A stretch of 63,948 bases of DNA, counting the filler. It is 5 parts of 5 records of this genome, joined end to end, with 100 filler letters (N's around TTAATTAATTAA, not from the genome) between each part and the next. Parts side by side here need not be neighbours in the genome. Positions count along the whole stretch, not along the records: positions 33,909 to 48,435 come from SRR20825019_2369; positions 48,536 to 56,666 come from SRR20825019_2391; 3 more parts are not named here. One strand, written 5' to 3'. The notes below the pieces were generated by a model that worked only from the letters and a program-made list of their open reading frames with translations, was not told where the DNA came from and did not search any database. Positions 38,886-50,825 of the stretch are shown in pieces (the first letter of the stretch is position 1; each line of letters begins with the position of its first letter). The position numbers were made by a program, and so were the translations under genes.

Positions 38886-40802
38886 ATGTCTAAAGTTATA
38901 GGAATTGATTTAGGAACTACTAATTCATGTGTGTCTGTAATGGAGGGAAAAACTCCCAAAATTATAGCAAATGCAGAAGGTATTAATACAACCCCGTCTA
39001 TGGTTGCGTTTACTGATCAAAATGAAAGATTGATTGGAGAACCTGCTAAAAGACAGGCAATAAACAACCCTAAAAGAACACTTTTTGCTATTAAAAGATT
39101 AATAGGTAGAAATTTTTCTGATCCGACAGTCAAGAAAGATCAGGAATGTGTTCCTTATAAAATAATTAAATCAGATAATGGTGATGCTTGGGTTGAAGTA
39201 GATAGTAAAAAATATTCTCCAAGTCAAATAAGTGCTTTTATTCTTCAAAAGATGAAGGATACAGCAGAAAATTATTTGGGTCATGAAGTTAATAAAGCTG
39301 TTATTACAGTACCTGCTTATTTTAATGATGCCCAAAGACAAGCTACAAAAGACGCGGGTAAAATTGCTGGTCTTGAAGTTTTAAGAATTATAAATGAACC
39401 TACTGCAGCCGCTTTTGCATACGGGCAGGATAAATCTAAGAACAAAAAAATAGCAGTTTATGATTTAGGTGGTGGTACATTTGATGTATCTATATTAGAC
39501 ATAGGTGATGGAGTTTTTGAAGTAAAAGCTACAAATGGTGACACTTTCCTAGGTGGAGAAGATTTTGATATGAGAGTATTAAACTATCTTATTGATGAAT
39601 TTAAAAAAGAGCATGGAGTGGATTTAAGAAAAGATCCATTAGCTCTTCAAAGACTAAAAGAATCTGCTGAAAAAGCTAAAAAAGAATTATCATCTACTAT
39701 TCAAACTGATGTTAATCTTCCTTATATCACAGCAGATGCTAATGGACCAAAACATTTAAATATTAAACTTACAAGATCTAAATTAGAATCTTTAGTTGAT
39801 GACCTTGTTACTAGAACTATAGACCCATGTAAAAAGGCTTTAAAAGATGCTGGTTTAACTAGTAATGATATTGATGAGGTTATACTGGTTGGTGGAATGA
39901 CTAGAATGCCAAAAGTCATAGAAACAGTAAAAAATTTCTTTGGCAAAGAACCACATAAAGGAGTAAATCCAGATGAGGTTGTTGCAGCTGGAGCTGCAAT
40001 TCAGGGAGCTGTTCTTCAAGGTGATGTTAAAGATGTATTGCTTCTTGATGTAACACCTCTTTCTTTAGGGATTGAAACATTAGGTGGAGTATTTACTAGG
40101 TTAATAGATAGAAATACAACTATTCCAACTAAAAAAAGTCAAACATTCTCAACTGCTGAAGATAATCAGCAAGCTGTTACCATAAGGGTATTTCAAGGTG
40201 AAAGAGAGATGGCAGCAAGTAATAAGTTACTTGGTCAGTTTAATCTTGAGGGTATACCTCAAGCACCAAGAGGTATGCCTCAGATAGAAGTAACATTTGA
40301 TATTGATGCAAATGGTATTGTTCATGTTTCTGCAAAAGATAAAGCTAGTGGTAAAGAACAAAAAGTTTCAATTCAAGCATCAGGCGGTCTTAATGATCAA
40401 GAAATTGAGCAAATGGTTCAAGATGCAGAAAAAAATGCAGAAGAGGATAAAAAGAAAAAAGAAATGGTTGAGCTTAAAAATTCTGCAGATAGTGCAATAC
40501 ATGCATCTTCAAAAATATTAACTGATCATAAGGATGCTATTAGTGAAGAAGATAAAACTTCTCTAAATACATCTATAGATGAACTAAAAAAGGCACTAGA
40601 GACTGATAATGTTGAAGAAATAAAACAAAAAATGGAAGCATTAAATCAGATTAATATTAAAATTAGTTCAACTTTAAACCAAAATCAAGGAGCTCAAAAT
40701 AATGAAGAGCAAAATACTGATGAAACCAAAGGTTCAAAGGAAGAAGATGATGGTAAAGTAGTTGATGCAGATTATGAGGATGTTAGTAAAGATAAAAAAT
40801 AA
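38886..40802 (+). CDS. dnaK: Chaperone DnaK
   Basis: [32 protein letters not shown]; full length. Confidence 0.98.
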   Translation: MSKVIGIDLGTTNSCVSVMEGKTPKIIANAEGINTTPSMVAFTDQNERLIGEPAKRQAINNPKRTLFAIKRLIGRNFSDPTVKKDQECVPYKIIKSDNGDAWVEVDSKKYSPSQISAFILQKMKDTAENYLGHEVNKAVITVPAYFNDAQRQATKDAGKIAGLEVLRIINEPTAAAFAYGQDKSKNKKIAVYDLGGGTFDVSILDIGDGVFEVKATNGDTFLGGEDFDMRVLNYLIDEFKKEHGVDLRKDPLALQRLKESAEKAKKELSSTIQTDVNLPYITADANGPKHLNIKLTRSKLESLVDDLVTRTIDPCKKALKDAGLTSNDIDEVILVGGMTRMPKVIETVKNFFGKEPHKGVNPDEVVAAGAAIQGAVLQGDVKDVLLLDVTPLSLGIETLGGVFTRLIDRNTTIPTKKSQTFSTAEDNQQAVTIRVFQGEREMAASNKLLGQFNLEGIPQAPRGMPQIEVTFDIDANGIVHVSAKDKASGKEQKVSIQASGGLNDQEIEQMVQDAEKNAEEDKKKKEMVELKNSADSAIHASSKILTDHKDAISEEDKTSLNTSIDELKKALETDNVEEIKQKMEALNQINIKISSTLNQNQGAQNNEEQNTDETKGSKEEDDGKVVDADYEDVSKDKK

Positions 40803-40813
40803 GCATAATATAA

Positions 40814-41938
40814 ATGGCTAAAAAAGATTTTTACGAACTACTTGGTGTAAGCAAGTCTGCAACAGATGAAGAAATTAAAAAAGCTTACAGGGTTTTAGCG
40901 CTCAAATATCATCCTGATAGGAATAAGGATGATAAGAGCGCTGAAGCTAAATTTAAGGAAATTAATGAGGCATATGACACATTAAAAGACCCTCAAAAAA
41001 GAGCTTCATATGATAGATATGGTAGTGAAGCGTTTAACGGAGGAGGGCAAGGTGGATTTCATGGTTTTGGGGGATCTTCTCCATTTGGAAACAATATGGA
41101 TGATTTGTTTGGGGATATTTTTAGAAATTTCGGCGAGCAGATGGGCTCAAGATCAAGACGATCTAATATTAAAATAAAAGGTTCTGATTTAAAATATAAT
41201 CTAAATATATCTCTTGAAGATGCGTTTAAAGGTATAGATAGGCAGATAAAATTTAATACTGAAATAACTTGTAATCCCTGTGGAGGAAGCGGTAGTAAAA
41301 ATAATAGTTCTCCTGAAGATTGTTCAAATTGTGGGGGAAGAGGGGTTAAGGTTTCTAAACAAGGATTTTTCTCAATTGAGCAAACATGTTATCAGTGTCA
41401 AGGTAAAGGAAAAGTAATTAAAGATCCTTGTACTAAATGTAATGGAAAGGGAAGGCATGAAGATACTAAATCATTAAATGTTAAAATTCCAAAAGGTGTT
41501 GAGTCTGGTACTAGAATAAGATTAACAGGAGAAGGAGAGGCTGGAGCTAATGGAGGCATGCCTGGTGATTTATATATTTTTGTAACTATTAGTCCTCATT
41601 CGGATTTTAAAGTAAATGGTGCAGATTTATACAGTAATATTAGCATAAGTTTTATTACTGCTATAGTGGGGGGAGAAGTTGAAGTTCCATCAATAGAAGG
41701 TGGTAGCATTAAATTAAAAATCCCAGAAGGAACTCAGCCTCAAGATAGACTTAAGTTAAAAGGTAGGGGCATGAGCATAGTAAGATCTTCACAAAGAGGA
41801 GATATGTTTGTAAATGTAAATATAGCTATACCTAAAAAAATTAACGCTAAACAGAAGGATTTATTAAAAGAATTTGATACTATTTCATCAAAAGCTGATG
41901 AAGGTTTGTTTTCAAAGGTAAAAAATTTATGGTCTTGA
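40814..41938 (+). CDS. dnaJ: Chaperone DnaJ
   Basis: HPD J-domain, G/F region, four CxxCxGxG repeats. Confidence 0.98.
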   Translation: MAKKDFYELLGVSKSATDEEIKKAYRVLALKYHPDRNKDDKSAEAKFKEINEAYDTLKDPQKRASYDRYGSEAFNGGGQGGFHGFGGSSPFGNNMDDLFGDIFRNFGEQMGSRSRRSNIKIKGSDLKYNLNISLEDAFKGIDRQIKFNTEITCNPCGGSGSKNNSSPEDCSNCGGRGVKVSKQGFFSIEQTCYQCQGKGKVIKDPCTKCNGKGRHEDTKSLNVKIPKGVESGTRIRLTGEGEAGANGGMPGDLYIFVTISPHSDFKVNGADLYSNISISFITAIVGGEVEVPSIEGGSIKLKIPEGTQPQDRLKLKGRGMSIVRSSQRGDMFVNVNIAIPKKINAKQKDLLKEFDTISSKADEGLFSKVKNLWS

Positions 41939-41951
41939 TATTAAATTAATA

Positions 41952-42749
41952 TCATTTCTCATAAATATAAAATTGTTCTTTTAGATATCTTTTTTCTAGT
42001 TTGTTACCTCTATCAAATAATAGTCTTACAAAAGCTTCTTGGCTTTGCTTGACCTCTAATTTTGATATATTTTTAAATTCGTTTGAGTCTGCTGTTGCGC
42101 TTACTGGTCTTTTAGTTGGATCTATAATATTGTAAGTTATAATAGAATTATTTGGTATTATAGCTCCGTTCCATTTTCTTGGTCTGTATGGACAAATTGG
42201 AGTAAGGCATAAAAGATTTGAGTCAATAGGTAATATTTGTCCTCCTGCAGATAGGTTATATGCAGAACTTCCAGCAGGTGTTGAAACTATTGCTCCATCA
42301 GCAATAATATTATCCATAACTTTTTGATTATTAATTTCAATATTGAATTTTGCGCTATGATAAGTGCTTCTATATATTACAGCGTCATTAATAGCTAGAG
42401 CTTCATTAATATCACCTTCAATATCATAAGCTTTAATATGAAGAGGTTTTAGTTTATATTCTATAGAATTATCAATAATATTTTTAATATCAAATTTATC
42501 AAAATTATTCATTAAAAACCCAATGCTTCCAGCGTTAATTCCTAAAAAAGGAACTTTAAGATGCATATATTTATGAAATGCTCTTAGTAATAATCCATCT
42601 CCTCCTATTACTAAAATAACTTTTATATTATAAGAATTTAAGTTATTAGTAGTTTCTATATTAATAATTTCTTCAAATCCTGAAATTCTTGCAAAAATTT
42701 CATCTGCTTTTTTATTGGATGATTTTATATAAAATATGCTCTCTTGCAC
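41952..42749 (-). CDS. nadK: NAD kinase
   Basis: GGDG, GINAGSIGFL, AIND, STPAGSSAYNLSAGG. Confidence 0.95.
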   Translation of the reverse strand: MQESIFYIKSSNKKADEIFARISGFEEIINIETTNNLNSYNIKVILVIGGDGLLLRAFHKYMHLKVPFLGINAGSIGFLMNNFDKFDIKNIIDNSIEYKLKPLHIKAYDIEGDINEALAINDAVIYRSTYHSAKFNIEINNQKVMDNIIADGAIVSTPAGSSAYNLSAGGQILPIDSNLLCLTPICPYRPRKWNGAIIPNNSIITYNIIDPTKRPVSATADSNEFKNISKLEVKQSQEAFVRLLFDRGNKLEKRYLKEQFYIYEK

Positions 42750-42862
42750 AACTTTCTTTTTAATTGATAAAATAATATAATTAAGTATGAAAAAATATTA
42801 CAGCTATTTTGACATGCTATCAAGTTTGAATATAATCGTATTTTCTATTAAATAAAGAAGAA

Positions 42863-45007
42863 GTGAAGAAATTTTTATATAGTATCATTCTAAATTCAAA
42901 ATTTAGGGCATTAATTTTATTAAGTTTGGGCATTTTTCATTTAGTATCATTAATTTCATATAGTCCATATGATAAGTCTTTTAATACTGTTTCATATCAT
43001 AAAGTTTCAAATTATCTAGGCTTTTTAGGTGCATATAGTGCTGATTTTTTTATTAGTTATTTTGGTTTGTCTTCTTTATTAATAACATATCTTTTATTTA
43101 GTTGGTCAAGATTTATATATCAAAGAAGAGAGATTAGTTTTTTGTATTTTAGGTTATTATCTTTTTTAATCTCTATAATTTCTATCTCGTTAATATTAGA
43201 TTATGATGTAAAGTTTGAAGGAGTGAATACTAATTTAGGCGGTTTGTTTCCTTATTTTTTTAAACTGACAAATATTTATATTAATAGTTTTTACTTAAAT
43301 GTAATATTTCTATTAATATCAATAATATGTTTTGTATTATCTCTTGGATATAGTAATGCAGAATTAATAGAATTTATAAAAAATAACAAACTTAGAATTT
43401 CTCTTAGAAATATTTCTCATAGAAATAATTTTAAATCTAATTCTAAAAATTTAAAATCAAGAGTAACTAAGACATATAATAATAATTCTTCACAAAAGAT
43501 AGAGGAGGTAGCTTCTTTGAGTGCATTTAATTTACCCCCTGTAAATTTATTTGAGGATCATCATGGTAAAAGAGTAAAATCATATAGTAAGGAAGAACTT
43601 GAAGAAAATGCTAATGAATTAATTAAAGTTCTTAATGATTTTGGAATTAAAGGAAAGGTAATAGATTATCATCAAGGTCCAGTAGTTACATTATATGAAT
43701 TTGAACCTTCTGCTGGAATTAAATCTTCAAGAGTTATAGGTCTTGCTGATGATATAGCCAGGTCATTAAGTGCATCATCAGCAAGAATTGCTGTAATTAG
43801 AGGTAGAAATGCTTTAGGTATTGAGCTTCCTAATGAAACTAGGGAGTTTTTTGGAATTAAACAATTAATAGAGTCAGATTCTTACCAAAATAATGCAATA
43901 AGTCTTCCTATAATTTTAGGAAAAAATCTTAGTGGACAACCAAAAACTGTCGATCTTGCTAAAATGCCACATTTATTAATTGCTGGTACTACTGGTTCTG
44001 GAAAGTCTGTTGCGCTTAATACTATGATTTTATCTCTTTTATATAAGCACTCTCCAGAAAGTTGTAAATTTATAATGATTGATCCTAAGATGCTAGAACT
44101 ATCTGTTTATTCAGATATTCCTCATCTTCTAACTCCAGTTGTTACTGAACCAGAAAAAGCAGTTATTGCACTTAAATGGGCAGTTAAAGAAATGGAGCAA
44201 AGATATAGAAATATGTCTAACTTAGGAGTTAGGAATATAGCAGGATTTAACAGTAAAATTGATGAAGCTATTAGACATGGAAAAACTCTAGAAAAAAATG
44301 TACAAGTAGGTTTTGATGAAGAGACTGGACATCCTAAATATGAGCTTGTAAAGCTTGGTATGGAAAAAATGCCTTATATAGTCGTTATAGTTGATGAAAT
44401 GGCAGATTTGATGCTTGTTGCTGGTAAAGATATTGAATCATTAGTACAAAGGCTTGCTCAGATGGCAAGAGCTGCTGGAATACATTTAATTATGGCTACT
44501 CAAAGACCTTCTGTTGATGTGATTACTGGAGTTATTAAGGCAAATTTTCCAAGTAGGGTAAGTTTTAAAGTCACTTCAAAGATAGATAGCCGCACAATAT
44601 TGGGTGAACAAGGTGCAGAACAATTGCTTGGAATGGGAGATATGTTATATATGGGAAGTCATACTGGAGTTGAAAGAATACATGGTCCTTTTGTAAAGGA
44701 TGAAGAAGTTGAAGAAGTTACAAATTTCTTAAAATCCCAAGGAAGTCCTGAATATGTAACAGGCGTTACTGAAGAAGATGATGAAGAGCCATACTTTGAA
44801 GCAGATTTTTCAGGAAATGAAGAAGAAATGCTATATAGAAAGGCTTTAATGATTGTAAAAAAAGAAAGAAAATCTTCAACTAGTTATATTCAAAGATCAT
44901 TGAGAATAGGATATAATAGGGCTGCTATTATAGTTGAAAGAATGGAGAAAGAAGGTATTTTATCTGAACCTAACCATTCAGGTAAAAGAGAAATATTAAT
45001 AGATTAA
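42863..45007 (+). CDS. ftsK: DNA translocase FtsK
   Basis: N-terminal TM region, PHLLIAGTTGSGKS, IDPKMLEL, ATQRPSVDVITG, gamma domain IGYNRAA. Confidence 0.97.
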   Translation: MKKFLYSIILNSKFRALILLSLGIFHLVSLISYSPYDKSFNTVSYHKVSNYLGFLGAYSADFFISYFGLSSLLITYLLFSWSRFIYQRREISFLYFRLLSFLISIISISLILDYDVKFEGVNTNLGGLFPYFFKLTNIYINSFYLNVIFLLISIICFVLSLGYSNAELIEFIKNNKLRISLRNISHRNNFKSNSKNLKSRVTKTYNNNSSQKIEEVASLSAFNLPPVNLFEDHHGKRVKSYSKEELEENANELIKVLNDFGIKGKVIDYHQGPVVTLYEFEPSAGIKSSRVIGLADDIARSLSASSARIAVIRGRNALGIELPNETREFFGIKQLIESDSYQNNAISLPIILGKNLSGQPKTVDLAKMPHLLIAGTTGSGKSVALNTMILSLLYKHSPESCKFIMIDPKMLELSVYSDIPHLLTPVVTEPEKAVIALKWAVKEMEQRYRNMSNLGVRNIAGFNSKIDEAIRHGKTLEKNVQVGFDEETGHPKYELVKLGMEKMPYIVVIVDEMADLMLVAGKDIESLVQRLAQMARAAGIHLIMATQRPSVDVITGVIKANFPSRVSFKVTSKIDSRTILGEQGAEQLLGMGDMLYMGSHTGVERIHGPFVKDEEVEEVTNFLKSQGSPEYVTGVTEEDDEEPYFEADFSGNEEEMLYRKALMIVKKERKSSTSYIQRSLRIGYNRAAIIVERMEKEGILSEPNHSGKREILID

Positions 45008-45027
45008 TAGTAAATAGTTGGTTTAGA

Positions 45028-46128
45028 ATGCAATCTTATATTTCTAGCCTTAAGCTTTTTAATTATAGGAATTTTAATAATTTTACATTGGAACTAAGTC
45101 CAAATCCTGTTGTAATTATAGGACAAAATGGAGCCGGAAAAACTAACATTCTTGAGTCAATTTCTTTAATTAATCCAGGAAGAGGGCTTAGAGGTACAAG
45201 TTCTGATTTAATTCTTGCTAATAATATTGTTCCAAAGCCTTTATTTTGGACTACAAAATTCATATATTCAAATAATGATATCAAGTCATTAATAGAAAAT
45301 AAATTTACTATTGAGAATGGTAAATCTAAAATTTTATATAATGATAAAATTATAAGGGCTAAAGAAATAGCAGATATAATTAAAATAGCATGGGTTACGC
45401 CTCAAATGCATCATGTCTTTACAGCACCAGCTTCAGACAGAAGAAAATTTTTTGATAGAATAGTATATTCATTTTTTCCAGATCATGCAGGAAATATAAG
45501 TAGGTATGAGCATTATCAAAAAGAAAGAATATACTTATTAAAATCTAATAATATTGATGAAGGATGGCTTTCATTACTTGAGTCAAAAATGTCTCAATAT
45601 GCTAATTTAGTTATAGATCATAGAGTTAATGCCATTAATTTAATAAATAATTTACAAGATAAACTAGATGGTAAATTCCCTAGGATCAAATTATGCTTAT
45701 CTGGTGAAATTGATGAATTATATTCAAGTAATTCAGCTGATTTTGTTGGAAATTTAGAGATTAAGTTAAAAAATAACAGACAAATAGATTCTCTTACAAA
45801 AAGAACACATTTTGGAGCACATAAAACAGATTTAACTGCATTTCATTTGGGTAAAAATCTCGATGCAAAACTTTGTTCCATGGGAGAACAAAAAGCAGTT
45901 CTTGTAGGTATAATATTATCACAATTAAATATTCTTCAAGAAAATTTTGATATTAGTCCTATAATCTTATTAGACGAAGTTTTTGCACATCTTGATAATA
46001 AAAGGTCAAAATATTTATCAGATTATTTAATTGGATCAAATGTTCAGGCATGGATTACTGATACTGATATGTCTAAAATGACAGATTTAAAATCTAATAG
46101 TAATCTATATAATTTAGATAAAATATGA
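45028..46128 (+). CDS. recF: DNA replication/repair protein RecF
   Basis: NYRN, GQNGAGKTNILES, RRKFFD, SMGEQK, LLDEVFAHLD. Confidence 0.95.
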   Translation: MQSYISSLKLFNYRNFNNFTLELSPNPVVIIGQNGAGKTNILESISLINPGRGLRGTSSDLILANNIVPKPLFWTTKFIYSNNDIKSLIENKFTIENGKSKILYNDKIIRAKEIADIIKIAWVTPQMHHVFTAPASDRRKFFDRIVYSFFPDHAGNISRYEHYQKERIYLLKSNNIDEGWLSLLESKMSQYANLVIDHRVNAINLINNLQDKLDGKFPRIKLCLSGEIDELYSSNSADFVGNLEIKLKNNRQIDSLTKRTHFGAHKTDLTAFHLGKNLDAKLCSMGEQKAVLVGIILSQLNILQENFDISPIILLDEVFAHLDNKRSKYLSDYLIGSNVQAWITDTDMSKMTDLKSNSNLYNLDKI

Positions 46129-46138
46129 GTCTATTATA

Positions 46139-46369
46139 ATGCTAAGAATAACTCTAATTTATATAATAAAATGTTATCAAATTTTAATATCACCATATAT
46201 AGGAAAGGTTTGTAAATTTGAGCCATCATGTTCTCAATATTCTATAGATGCTTTATGTCATTACGGTTTTATAAAGGGTATATATTATTCTATTAAGAGA
46301 ATAATAAGATGTAATCCATACTCTGATGGGGGTTATGATCCTGTTTTAAAATCAAATAATAAGAAATAA
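46139..46369 (+). CDS. yidD: Membrane protein insertion efficiency factor YidD
   Basis: YQILISP..CKFEPSCSQY..RIIRCNP..GGYDPV. Confidence 0.95.
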   Translation: MLRITLIYIIKCYQILISPYIGKVCKFEPSCSQYSIDALCHYGFIKGIYYSIKRIIRCNPYSDGGYDPVLKSNNKK

Positions 46370-46696
46370 GCATTTAAATCTAATTTTATTAAAGCAGTAT
46401 ATTTTATGTAGAATAAGGTTTTTATCTAAATTTTATTTAACTTAAAAACATTGTTAAACAAATTAATAATATTAAATATTATTAAAGATGTACCAAAAAT
46501 TTACTTTGGATCTATTACATCTTTAAACTTAGCAATTTTAGATATGGAAGTTTGATTAATTTTTAGCAAGTCACTAAGCTCTTTAATTACCTAATGGAAG
46601 AGTTGTATTAATAGTTAAAAGTATAAAGATATACTTTGTAACTGTTGCAATTAAATGCTTATAAATATATATTAAATTAAAGTTTTTTTAATAGGT

Positions 46697-48435
46697 TTGT
46701 TTATGCTTCAAAATATTTTGCTTGATATTTATAATCAAGCTTCAGTTAGAAAACCTACAGTTCGTGAAACATACCCGCAAGCTTATGAAATTTTTTACAA
46801 GATAGTAATAAGTGATAAAGCATCAAGAAGTGTTCTCAGTCGGGTTGATGTTCAAATGATTATGTTAAAATTAAATTTAACTGCTAGAAAAATTTTTTAT
46901 GAAGCTGCTAAAAAGGGTCATAAAGACTCAATTGAATTTATTTTAGGTCTAATTCAAAATGAAGCTATTAAAAATGAATTAATGCATGCAGAAAATTTTA
47001 AGGCTTTCATTTATGCTTCAGAGAATGGCCAAATAGAAATAATGAAATACTTGATTGAATTAACAGGGTGTCCACAAACTATAGAAGTAATGATTCATGC
47101 ACAAGGAAATGATGCTTTTATAAATGCTTCAGAGAATGGCCAAATAGAAGTAATGAAATACTTGATTGAATTAACTCTAGGTGCAAAAACTAGGGAAAAT
47201 ATGATTTATGACTCTTTTGTTTTTGCTTTTTCGGGAGCTGCAAGAAATGGTCATATCGAAGTATTGAAATATCTTGTTGAGTTAATCGCTGAAGTAGAAG
47301 AGAGAGAAGAACTTATTTTAGAAGCTTCTGAGGATGCTTTTTGCTATGTTGTTCAATCTAACGATGTTGAAATGATGAAGTATATACTAGAACTTTCAGA
47401 TAAAAAAAATTGGAGTCAGATTGCTTTTTCAGAATCGCCATCAGCTTTATTTGAAGAATTCAATGTTCCATTAAGTGAAGGATTAGATTTTAAGTGTTTT
47501 GATTCATATAAATATTTATTTGAACTAGCAATATACTATAATACTAAAGAGACAGAAGCAGATGATGATAGTCAAGAATTAGAAAGTGATGACTTAAATA
47601 TTCATGATGAAACTTTAGATGTGTTTTTTAGAATAATTGCTATTTGTGGAAAATTAGAATTGTTAAAGCTTTGGGTAGAATATTTAGATGGCAACCAAAA
47701 ATTTATAGATAATATAATTCATCAGCATGATGATGAGGCTTTCAAGGGAGCTGCTTATAATGGTCACATTGAAGTTGTAAAATATTTGGTAGAATTAACT
47801 CCAGACGCAAAAACTAGGGAAAAAATGATTCTTTCAAAGGGTAATATGAATGGTTACTTTAAAGTTATCTACAAAACTCCCTTTGTTGATGCTGCAAGGA
47901 ATGGTCACATTGAAGTTGTAAAATATTTAGTAGAATTAACTCTAGAACCAAATATTAGATATAAAATGATTCATGCAAATAATGATAATGCTTTTAGTGG
48001 GGCTGCAGAGAATGGCCACATTGATGTAATGAAATATTTAATTGAATTAACAAAGGGTAGTGGTAAAGTAAGGCACAAAATGATTCATGCAAATAATGAT
48101 AAGGCTTTCAGTGGAGCTTCTATGAATGGTCATATCGATGTAATGAAATATTTACTTGAATTAACTAAGGATAATGGTAGAGCAAGGCGCAAAATGATTC
48201 ATGCAAATAATGATGACGCTTTCCGTAGTGCTGCATTAAAAGGCCATATTGACATAATGAAGTATTTAGTAGAACTTACTGGGAGCAGTGAAGCTAGAGA
48301 GAAAATGATTCTTTCGAAAAATACTAATTACTTTAAATATAATGCATTTGCTATGGCTGCTAGTGGTGGTCACATTGAAATATTAAAATATTTATTAGAA
48401 TTAACTGGGGATCCTGAAACTAGAAAAAAAATGAT
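46697..48435 (+). CDS. Ankyrin-repeat protein, truncated at the contig end
   Basis: Many MIHANNDxAFxxAAxNGHIxVMKYLxELT repeats, also similar at DNA level; start is TTG 46697 or ATG 46703. Confidence 0.9.
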
Positions 48436-48535
48436 NNNNNNNNNNNNNNNNNNNNNNNNNNNNNNNNNNNNNNNNNNNNTTAATTAATTAANNNNNNNNN
48501 NNNNNNNNNNNNNNNNNNNNNNNNNNNNNNNNNNN
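48436..48535. other. Artificial contig linker
   Basis: N44-TTAATTAATTAA-N44. Confidence 0.98.
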
Positions 48536-48974
<439 letters not shown>

Positions 48975-49186
48975 TTACCAAAGCCTGAAGCCCGCGCAAA
49001 AATGTCGCGGGCCGCCCTCCCCTCTCCAAAAGCGTGCAGACATCCTGTATTCACATTTAAGGTTGTATAGAGGCCTCGGGAATGCGCCGCAACGACCGGA
49101 ACGTGAGGCCCTTCCCACGGGTATAATCGCCGCCGCCACGCGCCCCTGGCCTGTGACATGCGGCATTGAGCGCAACAGGAAAACAG

Positions 49187-50611
49187 ATGTTCAAGCCCTT
49201 CATGACAGGCGTAGCGATCGCAGGCCTTCTTCTCGCCCCGGTCAGCAGCTTCGCCGCCGACAATACCGATGATACCGCTGCCATCGCCGAACAGGCGACC
49301 GTCTACGGCCTGCCGATGGTGGACCTCTACAAGCTGATGTACGATCAGGCGATCGACACGGGCAATTCGCAGTTCAAGGCGCCGTTCAACACGCTGCACA
49401 ACGAATCGAACGTCTTCACCCCCGCCGACACCTCCATTGTCACCCCGAACAGCGATACCCCCTATTCGGAGCTGTGGATGGACCTGCGCGCCGAGCCGAT
49501 GGTGCTGTGCGTGCCGGCGGTCGACAAGGATCGCTATTACTCGGTGATGCTGACCTCGCTTTACACCTTCAATTTCGGCTATATCGGCTCACGCGCCACC
49601 GGCAATGACGCCGCCTGCTACGCCGTGGCCGGACCCGACTGGAAGGGCGATGCGCCGAAGGGCATCGCCAAGGTGTTCCGGTCGGAAACCGAATTCGCGA
49701 CGGCTCTCTATCGCACGCAGCTTTTCAACGCCGCCGATATCGACAATGTCCGCAAGATCCAGGCCGGCTATACGGTCGAGCCGCTTTCCGCCTTCCTCGG
49801 CGAGCCCGCGCCCGCGCCGGCACCCGCCGTCAACTGGCCGAAGATCGATGATGCGTCCGCGAAGAAGGATCTTCTCCGCTATCTCGCCTTCCTGCTCCAG
49901 TTCGCCCCGGCGACCGGCACGGCGGCCGTGGAAAAGCCGCTGCGCGCAAAATTCGCCAGCATTGGCCTTGAAGCCGGAAAGCCTTTCCCGCCGGCCGGCG
50001 CGCGCAAAGCCGAGCTTGCGGCAATCGCGCAGGGCGTACAAGCCGCCCGCACCGACATTGCAAAAGCGATCAGGACCATGGGCAAGGACGAAAACGGCTG
50101 GAGCGTAAGCACCGGCATTCAGGGCAACCGCGAAGGCTATAACGGCGACTGGGGCCTGCGCGCCGCCGTCGCCATCGCCGGGCTTCTTGCCAACGACACC
50201 GATGAGGCGGTCTATCCGATCACCAATGTCGACGTCGACCACCAGAAGCTTGATGGTTCCAAGTCGGACTACACCATCACCTTCAAACCCGGAGAACTGC
50301 CGCCCGCCAACGCCTTCTGGTCGGTCACCATGTATGACGGCAAGACCCAGCATCTGGTGGCCAATCCGATCGACCGCTATCTCATCAATGCGCCGATGCT
50401 GCCGGAGTTGACGAAGAATGCCGATGGATCGCTGACCCTCTACATCCAGAAGGATGCACCGACGGACCCCGCGATAAAGGCCAACTGGTTACCCGCGCCC
50501 GACGGGCCGTTTTATGTCGCGATGCGGATCTACTGGCCGAAACAGGCCGTGCTCGACGGCGACTGGCAGCCGCCCGGCATCGTCGCACATGCCATCGCAA
50601 GCAAGGGCTGA
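49187..50611 (+). CDS. Exported DUF1254/DUF1214 protein
   Basis: Signal peptide; VTPNSDTPYS, DRYYS, EAVYP, PPANAFWSVTMYD, NWLPAP, RIYWP. Confidence 0.9.
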   Translation: MFKPFMTGVAIAGLLLAPVSSFAADNTDDTAAIAEQATVYGLPMVDLYKLMYDQAIDTGNSQFKAPFNTLHNESNVFTPADTSIVTPNSDTPYSELWMDLRAEPMVLCVPAVDKDRYYSVMLTSLYTFNFGYIGSRATGNDAACYAVAGPDWKGDAPKGIAKVFRSETEFATALYRTQLFNAADIDNVRKIQAGYTVEPLSAFLGEPAPAPAPAVNWPKIDDASAKKDLLRYLAFLLQFAPATGTAAVEKPLRAKFASIGLEAGKPFPPAGARKAELAAIAQGVQAARTDIAKAIRTMGKDENGWSVSTGIQGNREGYNGDWGLRAAVAIAGLLANDTDEAVYPITNVDVDHQKLDGSKSDYTITFKPGELPPANAFWSVTMYDGKTQHLVANPIDRYLINAPMLPELTKNADGSLTLYIQKDAPTDPAIKANWLPAPDGPFYVAMRIYWPKQAVLDGDWQPPGIVAHAIASKG

Positions 50612-50825
50612 CGGAGCGTGTAAATTGCGTTCGAGCAGCACGCGGCATCGTCAAGAACTCCGCAACGGACACAAGTTATTCCAGGCGCGCGCCGGGCGAT
50701 CGGGGCGCGCATCATAACTTTTGGATATGGGATAGATTACCACCCAACCACTGGACATGTCCGGCGGCATCGTTTTCCTTGGCCGGCAACACATCATGCC
50801 GACCAGGAAGAAAATTGCCGCCTCC

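Noticed and set aside
17277..40802. Two Hsp70 systems as one chaperone cluster
   Set aside because: hscC and dnaK are on different contigs from different organisms.
47700..48435. Regularly spaced DNA repeats as a CRISPR array
   Set aside because: They are in-frame ankyrin codon repeats with similar intervening sequence, and no cas genes are present.
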